From NCBI GenBank assembly GCA_049510745.1, contig JBEKYR010000006.1:32001-96000 (forward strand): a DNA stretch of 64,000 nucleotides. Reading direction: 5' to 3'. This stretch comes from Verrucomicrobiota bacterium (lineage in GTDB: Bacteria > Verrucomicrobiota > Verrucomicrobiia > Limisphaerales > Palsa-1400). Made by a program: the position numbers and the translations under genes. The notes below the pieces were generated by a model. It was not told the DNA's origin, ran no database searches, and saw only the letters and a list, made by a program, of their open reading frames with translations. This document shows positions 9,499 through 17,987 of the stretch, piece after piece (the first letter of the stretch is position 1; each line of letters starts with the position of its first letter).

Positions 9499-12012
9499 CT
9501 AGGGCACTTCCAGACGGTAAAAGCGGGCGGAGAAACTGGCGGCCGCGTCATCCGTGACCACCGCGTTGCCGTTGACCAGTGCCACCGCCTGGAGCGTCTG
9601 CCATGTGGTGAGATTGGTGGAGCACAGCACCGTGGCCTGACTCGCGCCGGGCACCGTCAGCGCAATCTGCACCTCCCCGTTCGGCAACACCGTGACCGCG
9701 CCCGGGCTGATCGTCGGCAAATCAATGATGCTGAAGTTGGCGGCGCTGAACGCAGACATGGCCGAATTCGTCGTACTCTCCACTTGGATGGAATAATCGC
9801 TGCCGGGAACCAGATTGAAACCGGGGGTCCACTTGATGGCGCCGGTGCTGGGGGTGTTGGTGTTGATGGATTCGACCAGCGTGCCACTTTTGTACAGGTT
9901 GACCACCAGATTCTCAGCCAGGTCAGCGTTCCATTGGATGAAGTGAGGCGTGCCCCGCAGCCACACCTCGCCGCCGTTGGGCGAGGTCATTTGGATCATG
10001 GGGGGAACGGTGGCGAAGGAGTTCGTCGCCCAGCCGCTTTCCCCGCCGTCATTGGAGGTGTTGACGCGCCAATAGTAGGTGGTGTTCGTGGCGGCGCCGC
10101 TCCAGACAAAATAGGCGTCCGTCTGATAGGGAATGTCCACCACGGGACTGGCAAAGTCCGGGGTGGTGGCGATCTGGAGGTAATACCAGCCGGCGAAGCC
10201 CACGGGCGACCAGGACAGCCAGATGGGTAACTGCTGGTTGACCGTAACCGTCACGTTGCTGACGGCCATTCCGGGAGCGATGACCTCGTTCGGTTGAACC
10301 CCAGGGTAGGTTTCGACAGTATTCAGAATCGGCGGATACGCCACCTGCGCCACATCAGGATAGCCGAAGATCACCTCGCCGCAATCGCTGCCCTGGGCGG
10401 TAAGTGACAGCGTCGTGGTCAGTTGGCCGAGAACCGGGTTATAGGTCGTCGGCTGGGGCGCAAACACGCCCGAACCGGTTTGAGGCCGGTAATAGACGGT
10501 GAGGTTGGTGGGATTGGCATAGCCGAGACTGCTGGTGCTAAATGTGAAGTCGGCGTTCAGACTGGGCAGGTCGTCTTCCGAAAAGTTCACCCGGATGGGC
10601 AGGACGCACGGGGCGGCTGCGTTGAACTGGGGGTTCACCGGGGCGTAGGGCGCATAAGTGACGTCGAACCGGTCATAACCGCCGCCGCCGCTATTGACCG
10701 TGAGGGACAAACCAGTGCCAGGAAAGTTAGTGAAGGTGTATTTGTCGCTAACGGCCAGATCGAAGGCGGAAGCCGTGACGGCCTGGGACTGCGGCGGATA
10801 AGGAAACCGGAAGGCGCGGTAACTATCTGCGGTCGGATCATTGAAGCGCATTTCGAAAACGACGCTGCCTGCCGGTGTGACCTCCGTGCAGGCGGGGATG
10901 TACTGGTCAATAGAACCACCGACGCCGGGGACGATCTGGGCGCTGCCCCAGCCGATGAACGTATTGCCGTTAGGCAGGCGCTGGGCGCTGCCGTAATGCC
11001 AGGAATACACATTGGTGGCGGGCTTGTAAGACCAGACCAGCGTGGCGATTTTGTTGGTTTCATCGAGCCGGTATTCGTAAACCGCCGAGGAGTAGGTGGC
11101 CTGTTGATTGGCGTTGCAGAAAACCAGGATGTCGCCGTTGGCCAGCCGCGTCACGGTATGGTCGGAAAACTCCGTCAAGGCCTGCCTGGGATTCACGCCC
11201 ACAAAAGTAAACTGGTTGGCCAATCCCCCGATGCGCCACATGATCTGGCCGGTTTGCCGGTTGATTTTCCAGACATCCATTCCAAAGTTGGACACGAGCA
11301 GATTCCCATCGGTATCCATGAAAACCGAGTTCAGATGAAAACCGTCAATCACCGGATTCAGCGCCAACGCGTTGGTCGCGTAGCCATAAGGGCCGTAGTA
11401 ACTGTTGACGGTGAAATGGTCCCAGGTGCGCCATTGGAAGACGACGTTCTGCTGGTCGTCGAGTTCCTGAATGACCGCCCCGGCCAGCAGCGCGTTGGGA
11501 TAGGCGCCGGGAACGAGCAGGCTGAGATTCATCCGCGTCTTGTAGTAGCCGATCAAAAGAACATGGCCGTTGGGCAGCAACTGGAAATCGTGGCAATCGG
11601 CCACATAACCATTGCCGGCCGTGACCGTCCCCGCGGGATTGTCGTTGTTATCGAGCAAGTTGTGGGTGACATCGCCGCCGCCAGTGTAGGAATAGGTGTG
11701 AAATAATTCGCCATAATGCAGGTAACCGTCGGTCAGCGGCTTGAAGTCATACACCTCGTTCGTCGCCGCCTGATACCATAAAGCTGAGGCGTCGTTGGTC
11801 AGGACCATCATATAGAAGGCTCCGTTCGTTCCCGGATCAGTGACCGACAGGAAGATGGAACCGGGCGCCACGGCATTGCTGTTGTACGTCGTCACGGTAA
11901 AGCCGGGAAAATTCGCCGGCACTTGCGCCTTGGCGGCGGGGGCAAACAGAGCGCTTGCCATCACCACGATTGAACTGACCAAGCCAATTGTTTTCATGTT
12001 CATTGTTTTCAT
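9499..12012 (-). CDS. Secreted arylsulfotransferase (ASST)-family protein with FN3/Ig-like and C-terminal domain
   Basis: Motifs CHDFQLLPNGH, FHLNSVFMDTDGNLLVS and GSAQRLPNGNTFIGWG. TSPNGGEVW Ig-like domain. RBS-like AAGAGG upstream of ATG 12012. Ends ARFYRLEVP. Confidence 0.85.
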   Translation of the reverse strand: MKTMNMKTIGLVSSIVVMASALFAPAAKAQVPANFPGFTVTTYNSNAVAPGSIFLSVTDPGTNGAFYMMVLTNDASALWYQAATNEVYDFKPLTDGYLHYGELFHTYSYTGGGDVTHNLLDNNDNPAGTVTAGNGYVADCHDFQLLPNGHVLLIGYYKTRMNLSLLVPGAYPNALLAGAVIQELDDQQNVVFQWRTWDHFTVNSYYGPYGYATNALALNPVIDGFHLNSVFMDTDGNLLVSNFGMDVWKINRQTGQIMWRIGGLANQFTFVGVNPRQALTEFSDHTVTRLANGDILVFCNANQQATYSSAVYEYRLDETNKIATLVWSYKPATNVYSWHYGSAQRLPNGNTFIGWGSAQIVPGVGGSIDQYIPACTEVTPAGSVVFEMRFNDPTADSYRAFRFPYPPQSQAVTASAFDLAVSDKYTFTNFPGTGLSLTVNSGGGGYDRFDVTYAPYAPVNPQFNAAAPCVLPIRVNFSEDDLPSLNADFTFSTSSLGYANPTNLTVYYRPQTGSGVFAPQPTTYNPVLGQLTTTLSLTAQGSDCGEVIFGYPDVAQVAYPPILNTVETYPGVQPNEVIAPGMAVSNVTVTVNQQLPIWLSWSPVGFAGWYYLQIATTPDFASPVVDIPYQTDAYFVWSGAATNTTYYWRVNTSNDGGESGWATNSFATVPPMIQMTSPNGGEVWLRGTPHFIQWNADLAENLVVNLYKSGTLVESINTNTPSTGAIKWTPGFNLVPGSDYSIQVESTTNSAMSAFSAANFSIIDLPTISPGAVTVLPNGEVQIALTVPGASQATVLCSTNLTTWQTLQAVALVNGNAVVTDDAAASFSARFYRLEVP

Positions 12013-12016
12013 GTTC
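11987..12016. repeat. Perfect 15-bp tandem duplication at the start of the ASST gene
   Basis: ATTGTTTTCATGTTC occurs twice and gives MKTMNMKT. Confidence 0.9.
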
Positions 12017-12231
12017 AAAAACCACCTCTTCTTTTGTTAATTCAGGCCGGCGGCTTGCCGGCGGTCACACTCCCTCGCACGATCGCGCAAACCGAGTCCG
12101 ACGCCCAAGCAAACGCTCAACGGCAATGGAAAACTCCTTGTGCTGCCCACCTTTCGCTTATGCCCCTTTTATGTCATCACTCTTGCGCAATGATCACTCA
12201 GTAGAATCGTTGCAGACTTGTGTTCGTCATT

Positions 12232-12477
12232 CTAATCACAATTGGTTGTTCCATTACCCCGGGCCTTTGCCGCCCAACTCTGCTCCAAAACCAGACTAGA
12301 TCTCCATCTTCGATTTGTCAATCCACCGTTCTTGCAATATCCGGCAACGTAAACCCGCCCCTCCTCCTCAAGCTGGAAGACGAGGGAGACGTTCACGGTT
12401 CGGGGGCTGCCTGGTTTTGATCCGCCGATGTAAATGAAGTCCACCGGCTTGTTTTTCAGCATCCCTTCAATGAACAT
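12232..12477 (-). pseudogene. Truncated WYL-domain-like ORF
   Basis: KPVDFIYIGGSKPGSPRTVNVSLVFQLEEEGRVYVAGYC matches the first part of a WYL fold. The expected RxFR/LD end is missing. Confidence 0.45.
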
Positions 12478-12502
12478 TCTGGCCAAGGGAGCTGCCAAGC
12501 AC

Positions 12503-12727
12503 TTAAACCGAGCTGGGCGCCAAGGCAAAATTCAGGGGCGGCCGTCCTTTCATTGGCTGGCTCAAGACGGTTTCATGGGCGAACAGCGAAACCCACTCCT
12601 TGGCTTCGGTGTAATCTTGGTCGCTTCCTCCTACCAAATCATGTTTCCCGTCCGCCCGTTGAATGAGCCGAGCATGGCCGAAGGTGATGAGGATTCTGGC
12701 TGGTTGGATGATGCAATTCATTTTCAT
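12503..12727 (-). CDS. Small hypothetical protein
   Basis: 74-aa ATG ORF with globular-looking sequence (LITFGHARLIQRADGKHDLVGGS...EAKEWVSLFAHE). Confidence 0.5.
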   Translation of the reverse strand: MKMNCIIQPARILITFGHARLIQRADGKHDLVGGSDQDYTEAKEWVSLFAHETVLSQPMKGRPPLNFALAPSSV

Positions 12728-12994
12728 GCCGGCATTTTATCCGGCGACCTGGACAAAGGCTGTCCAAGTCAGGGATTTACTTGCGGATCCGAGGACTGGG
12801 CAAAGGCTGGTTCGGGCAGGACGGAGATGGGGCTGACTGAGGGGAGTAAACCGCTCAATCCGGAATTCGCAGCTTTAAAGTTCGAGTGTTTGGACGTTTA
12901 TGAACACCAAAGACATACCGGAACATCCTTGAACTTGTTGTTACCAAGCGTTGTTACTTACGCACTGATTTACATAAGTTGTTTATAATTAGGA

Positions 12995-13070
12995 TGGTGG
13001 AGCCGAGGGGAGTCGAACCCCTGACCTTCTCATTGCGAACGAGACGCTCTGCCAACTGAGCTACGACCCC
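12995..13070 (-). tRNA. tRNA-Ala(CGC)
   Basis: GGGGTCGTAGCTCAGTTGGCAGAGCG-TCTCG-TTCGCAA-TGAGA-AGGTC-AGGGG-TTCGACT-CCCCT-CGGCTCC-ACCA. 76 nt, complete cloverleaf. Confidence 0.97.
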
Positions 13071-13158
13071 AACCAGTTTACGATGAACTACTTACAACAG
13101 TAACACCCGCCTGCGATTTTTCGCTTGCACGCATTTTGTACGCAGTATGGTGGAATGC

Positions 13159-13513
13159 ATGAGCGAAATGCATTCACGGAACAACGAATTCCTTCGCGTC
13201 GGCGAGAATCTGTATCGGTATTCATCAAACGGAGTGTACTATGCCCGCTTCAGGAGCAAAGGCAAGAGAATTCGTTTCAGAGAATTCGTTTCAGTTTGCA
13301 CACCACTGACCGGGTGCTTGCGAAGCGACGGCTTGAGGAGGAAATCAAGAAAGCCGCCGCCATTGACCGGAAAGCCGGCAAGATGTCGTTGGAGGAACTG
13401 CTGCGCCTCTACGAGGAAAGACTCGGCCAGTATACGCCGAAGACCATCGCCACACGCCAATCGATTTTCAGAATCTTCAAGCGAATCTGGCCTCATGGCC
13501 TCGACATTCCCGT
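13159..13513 (+). pseudogene. Tyrosine recombinase/integrase N-terminal fragment, frameshifted and truncated
   Basis: FLRVGENLYRYSSNGVYYARFRSKGKRIRF continues in another frame as SLHTTDRVLAKRRLEEE...TPKTIATRQS. A 14-bp duplication causes the shift. It lies next to a tRNA and has no catalytic domain. Confidence 0.8.
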
Positions 13514-13815
13514 TCATTCGGTCAACTCCTCCGCTGACCAGGGTTGGAGTCGGAGGCAAAAGCTCAGACGGGCCAACAAGGGCGCGTTGATGCCCATTTG
13601 CAAGCGGGGCAGGAGTTGTTCGTCGCCGACCAGCAGCAAGCTAAAGGGCGGCTGGGTGTCGCGGCGGTCGCAACTCAACAGACGCACTTCCTCCAACGCG
13701 GGGGCGCTGAGGTTTTGCGCCTCGTCGATCACCACCACCGGCCAAAGGCGGTCCAACTGTTGCCAGCCTTGGCGGATCAGCAGCACGTTGTCGCTGCGGC
13801 GCATGCGATGATAAA
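13514..13815 (-). pseudogene. ExeA/GspA-like AAA ATPase internal fragment (transposon helper type)
   Basis: Walker B VVVIDEAQNL, then LEEVRLL, FSLLLVG and PLLARL. Walker A and the true N terminus are missing. Confidence 0.75.
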
Positions 13816-13859
13816 ATGAGCGACACTGCATTGCGAGCAGGCACGAATAGTTCCTCGAC

Positions 13860-14190
13860 AGCCTCGTCTCAATTCGCCGAATCCCTGCTGGCGTATCGGC
13901 AAGGCCACTTCGCCACCGCCGCGGAATGGGCGGTGAAAGCGCTGGCCACTCCAGGCGTCAACGAACGCGATGTGGAGTCATGGATGGTTCTGGCGATGTC
14001 CAAACAACAGTTGGGAGAAGTCAATGAGGCCAGCGCCGCTTTGGCCAAAGGCCTCGAAATCGCTGAAACCAAACTGCCAAAACTCGAGAATGGCGATCTC
14101 GGCGACAACTGGGGAGACTGGATCATCGCTCGTGCGCTGATGACAGAAACCAAGGCGCTCATCGAGGGTCCATCGGCGACGGGCCGGTGA
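13860..14190 (+). pseudogene. C-terminal TPR-like tail of a Ser/Thr kinase-type protein
   Basis: LLAYRQGHF...VLAMSKQQLG..EASAAL...WGDWIIARALMTETKALI resembles tails of PVC-superphylum kinase-TPR proteins. No kinase domain is present. Left boundary approximate. Confidence 0.55.
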
Positions 14191-14561
14191 ACTTGACTCT
14201 GACAATACCTGAAAAGCCCGGCCCATCCGCGAAGTGAGGTTTCGGCGATTGGCGGTACTCTGCCGGCTTCAACTCCGCGGCGACGGGCGGCCTTGGCGCT
14301 CCCAAAAGGTGTGACCAACACGAACGGAGCCCTCAACGAACCCGAGATTTCGCCCACAAAGCGGTTCGAGAGCCGACAGTGACGGTGTAAACTTTCCAGT
14401 TGTAAGACACCTGACCATCAGGTAGTTGGCATTCCCTTTGCCGGCCCGATTTTGATTCGATCAAATTAATTTGCCCTTTTGTCCCTGGAATCTTGCATTG
14501 GTTAACGGTGAGCCAAACTGCTCACGCACTGAAAATGAAAATTTAGCAGAAAAGGCCCATT

Positions 14562-17087
14562 ATGATTCATCCGAACCATTTCAAGAATCTGGCGGCGCGT
14601 CCGCGCGCCGGTTATTTCCTTAACCTGCTCCTGCTGGCTGGTTTGCTAGCGGTCAGCGCCCAGGCCGGCGTGATCGTAACCACCCTTCATTCATTCTCGG
14701 CTGCCACCAATGGGGCAAATCCCCATTCCGCGCTGGTGCAGGGCAGCGACGGCAATCTCTATGGCACGACCGAAGTCGGCGGCCTTTACGGTCATGGCAC
14801 CGTGTTCAAAATCAGCACCAATGGGGCGCTGAGCAGTTTGTATTCCTTCACCGGAGGCCATGATGGCGCGGGTCCCGGGGCCGGGCTGGTGCAGGGCAGC
14901 GACGACAATTTCTATGGCACAACTTACGGGGCCGGCCTTCACAATTATGGCACCGTTTTCAAAATCAGCAGCAATGGGGTGTTCACCAGTTTGTATTCGT
15001 TCGGCGAGATCCCCTATGATGGCACCTATCCCGAAGCCGGGCTGGTGCAGGGCAGCGACGGCAATCTCTATGGCACGACTTCGCAAGGCGGCTCGGGGAG
15101 CGAGGGCACGGTGTTCCAAATCAGCAGCAATGGGTCTTACCGCAGTTTGTTTTCATTCTGGTGGCCCGGTGGGAGCCCCTCAGACGGCGCGCTGGTGCAG
15201 GGCAGTGACGGCTGTTTGTACGGCACGAGTTCCGACTCCCATGACGGCACCGGTATCGTGTTCAAAATCAGCACCAATGGGGTGCAAACGGAATTGTACG
15301 ACTTCAGTTGGGGCGAAAATATCTATTTTTATGGCGGGCTGGTGCAGGGCAGCGACGGCAATTTCTATGGCAAGGCTACCTACGGCGTGGTTAATCCGGG
15401 TTTCGTGTTCCAATTCAGCACCAATGGGGTTTTCACGATTTTGTATTCATTTCCCTACCAGTTTTTTGGAAGCGGTGGACTGGTGCAGGACAGCGGTGGT
15501 TATTTGTATGGCACGACTTCTTATGGAGGTGACACCAATCTGAACGACGGGGAAGGCTATGGCTTTGTGTTCCAAATGAGCACCAACGGAGTGCTGAACA
15601 CTTTGTATTCTTTCACCAACGGAAATGACGGCGAGTATCCCGAGGCCGGTCTGGTGCAGGGCAGCGACGGCAATTTCTATGGCACGACTGAAGATGGTGG
15701 CACGAGTGGGTTGGGCAGCGTGTTCCAAGTCACCACGAATGGGGTGCTGACCAGCTTATACTCATTCCCCGGCGGCTATGACGGTTCATATCCCCAAGCC
15801 GTGCTGGCGCAGGGCAACGGCGGCAATTTCTATGGCACCACTTCCGGCCTCCTTCCAGGTTACGGCCCCTATGGGAATGGCTCTGTGTTCAAAATCAGCG
15901 CCGATGGGGCGTACACCAATTTGTATTCCTTCACGGGCGGCAATGATGGCGAGAATCCCACTGCCGGCCTGCTACAGGGCAGCGACGGCAATTTCTATGG
16001 CACGACTGAAGCAGGCGGCTCAACGAACGACGCTGGCACCGTGTTCAAAATCAGTACCAATGGGTTGGAAACCGTTTTGTATTCTTTCTCCGGCGGCATT
16101 GATGGCGCCGTTCCCAATGGGCTGGTGCAGGGCGGCGACGGCAATTTCTATGGCACGACCGAAGGCGGCGGCACGAACGATGCCGGCACCGTGTTCAAAT
16201 TCAGCACCAATGGAGCGCTGACCAGTTTGTATTCCTTCACCGGCACTACGGATGGTGCGATTCCTTATGCCGGGCTGGCGCAAGGCAGCGACGGCAGTTT
16301 CTATGGCACGACTTGGCAAGGCGGCATCAACAACTGGGGGACGGTATTCAAGATCAGCCCTGCTGGGGCGCTAACCACTTTGTATTCCTTCTCCGACGAC
16401 AATGATGGCGCAAATCCCTATGCCGGGCTGGTGCAGGGGAGCGACGGCAATTTCTATGGCACGACTGAAGGCGGGGGCACGAACTACGCTGGCACGGTGT
16501 TCAAAATCAGCTCCAACGGGGCCTTGACCAGCTTGTATTCATTCCCCACTGGCTTCACGCTACATCATGGGCCCTATTACATTGCACATCCCGCTACCGG
16601 GCTGGTGCAGGGCAGCGACGGCAATTTCTATGGCACGACATACCGCGGCGGCACAGCAAAATCCAGCCCCATATCCGGTACTCCCGGCGTGGGCACCGTG
16701 TTCCAAATCAGCACCAACGGGGTGTTCACCAGTTTGTATTTATTCCAAGTCTATGATGGCGAGTATCCCCGAGCCGGGCTGGTGCAGGGCGGTGACGGCC
16801 GTTTCTATGGCACGACATCCCAAGGCGGCGGCAGCGGATACGGGACCGTTTTCCGGATGACCATTGTGCCGGAATTCCAGGCGGTAACCCTGGCCAGCAG
16901 CACGTTGAGTTTGACCTGGAGCACGGAGGCTGGAGGCACGTATCAGTTGCAGTACAGTTCCGACTTGAACTCGGGCAACTGGACCAACCTGGACAACCCC
17001 GTTACCGCCACCGGGGCGACGCTCGACACCACCGACTCCGTCACGAACGCTCCGCAACGGTTTTACCGACTGGTGCTCTCTCCGTAA
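14562..17087 (+). CDS. Secreted choice-of-anchor GloVer tandem-repeat protein (TIGR03803 type) with shared C-terminal domain
   Basis: About 14 repeats of GLVQGSDGNFYGTT..GG...GTVFKISTNG.LTSLYSF. Signal peptide present. Ends QRFYRLVLSP. Confidence 0.92.
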   Translation: MIHPNHFKNLAARPRAGYFLNLLLLAGLLAVSAQAGVIVTTLHSFSAATNGANPHSALVQGSDGNLYGTTEVGGLYGHGTVFKISTNGALSSLYSFTGGHDGAGPGAGLVQGSDDNFYGTTYGAGLHNYGTVFKISSNGVFTSLYSFGEIPYDGTYPEAGLVQGSDGNLYGTTSQGGSGSEGTVFQISSNGSYRSLFSFWWPGGSPSDGALVQGSDGCLYGTSSDSHDGTGIVFKISTNGVQTELYDFSWGENIYFYGGLVQGSDGNFYGKATYGVVNPGFVFQFSTNGVFTILYSFPYQFFGSGGLVQDSGGYLYGTTSYGGDTNLNDGEGYGFVFQMSTNGVLNTLYSFTNGNDGEYPEAGLVQGSDGNFYGTTEDGGTSGLGSVFQVTTNGVLTSLYSFPGGYDGSYPQAVLAQGNGGNFYGTTSGLLPGYGPYGNGSVFKISADGAYTNLYSFTGGNDGENPTAGLLQGSDGNFYGTTEAGGSTNDAGTVFKISTNGLETVLYSFSGGIDGAVPNGLVQGGDGNFYGTTEGGGTNDAGTVFKFSTNGALTSLYSFTGTTDGAIPYAGLAQGSDGSFYGTTWQGGINNWGTVFKISPAGALTTLYSFSDDNDGANPYAGLVQGSDGNFYGTTEGGGTNYAGTVFKISSNGALTSLYSFPTGFTLHHGPYYIAHPATGLVQGSDGNFYGTTYRGGTAKSSPISGTPGVGTVFQISTNGVFTSLYLFQVYDGEYPRAGLVQGGDGRFYGTTSQGGGSGYGTVFRMTIVPEFQAVTLASSTLSLTWSTEAGGTYQLQYSSDLNSGNWTNLDNPVTATGATLDTTDSVTNAPQRFYRLVLSP

Positions 17088-17138
17088 GGATTGCATGTTT
17101 TCTATCCCAACGCCGGAGAATCTGATAATACTCGCTGG

Positions 17139-17183
17139 TTGAGCGACGTTACCCGCATTTTTGCGTCCATCGAGCACGGCGAT
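17139..17183 (+). pseudogene. N-terminal stub of an ECF sigma factor (TIGR02999-like)
   Basis: Reads (M)SDVTRIFASIEHGD, the typical MSDVTRILxAIExGD start of this family. Similarity stops immediately after. Confidence 0.55.
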
Positions 17184-17577
17184 TGTGGGCAGGGGCTGCA
17201 ATTTCTTCCTTCCCCCCGAAAGGAAGATCGGCCTGTGCCTCGTAGCCCCCCTGGATCTGAGGATACAGAATACGATGAAAGAACTTGGACTCCCTGAGAA
17301 AGAGGCACGAAAGCACATTTCCAAGCTGGAAGAGAACTTGTGCATAATCCACTTTCTTGCGGGCATTGGTTAACCGTAATCCTCTTTTCGTCCGTGTTCT
17401 TTCCAAAAACCAAAAAACACAAATCTGCTTGCATATTCATAAACCTGTGTCATATTTCCGCCGTGCGAGGACCCGCTCTTTGACATAAAGCCAAGTCGCC
17501 GGAAAACCTCCTGGTCCCCCGCCGCAGGACGGACCCCGGCCGCCAGCAATGGCGTCATTCACGACCGCCGCATGGCC

Positions 17578-17677
17578 AATCGTGCCAAATCGGGCTGAAT
17601 CGTGCCAAATCGTGCCGAATCGTGCTGAATCGTGCCGAATCGTGCCAAATCGTGCCAAATCGTGCCAAATCGTGCCA
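17578..17677. repeat. Ten-copy 10-bp tandem repeat AATCGTGCC[A/G]
   Basis: Ten contiguous units with minor variants. Two more units lie at 17797-17816. Confidence 0.95.
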
Positions 17678-17987
17678 AAAAAAGAAAAATCTCAACCACG
17701 ATTGATAAACCAGACTATAAACGAAAATCCGTTTTCGGGCCTTCGGCACTATTCGTCCGCCCTTTTAGCGTTTAGCCTTCAGCCTTTCCTCCGCTCAATC
17801 GTGCCAAATCGTGCCCGTTTCGCAATCAACCATCAGAACCACGACCGAAACACAGCGTAATACTCCCGGAGTTTTTTGAAACAAACCTCCACCCGCCGGT
17901 GTCTGAAAGATTGAACCGCGTCGGCCCAACAGCGCGCGACGCCGGCTCACTATGACCAATGCTTGTCCAAACGACACTGGCGCCTTT

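Noticed and set aside
14730..16830. Regularly spaced DNA repeat GGGCTGGTGCAGGGCAGCGACGGCAATTTCTATGGCACGAC as CRISPR-like or DGR repeats
   Set aside because: These are in-frame GloVer protein repeats with synonymous variation. No reverse transcriptase or cas gene is present.
17485..17550. Possible c-di-GMP-I riboswitch (GGAAAACCTCCTGGTCC...)
   Set aside because: Only a superficial match to P2. No convincing P1 or GNRA-receptor pairing was found by eye.
17578..17677. CRISPR array
   Set aside because: Units are 10 bp and contiguous, with no spacers and no cas genes in the window.
17549..17860. ORFs with IVPNRAESC or ARFGTIWHD repeats
   Set aside because: They are translations of the 10-bp tandem repeat on both strands, with no other coding evidence.
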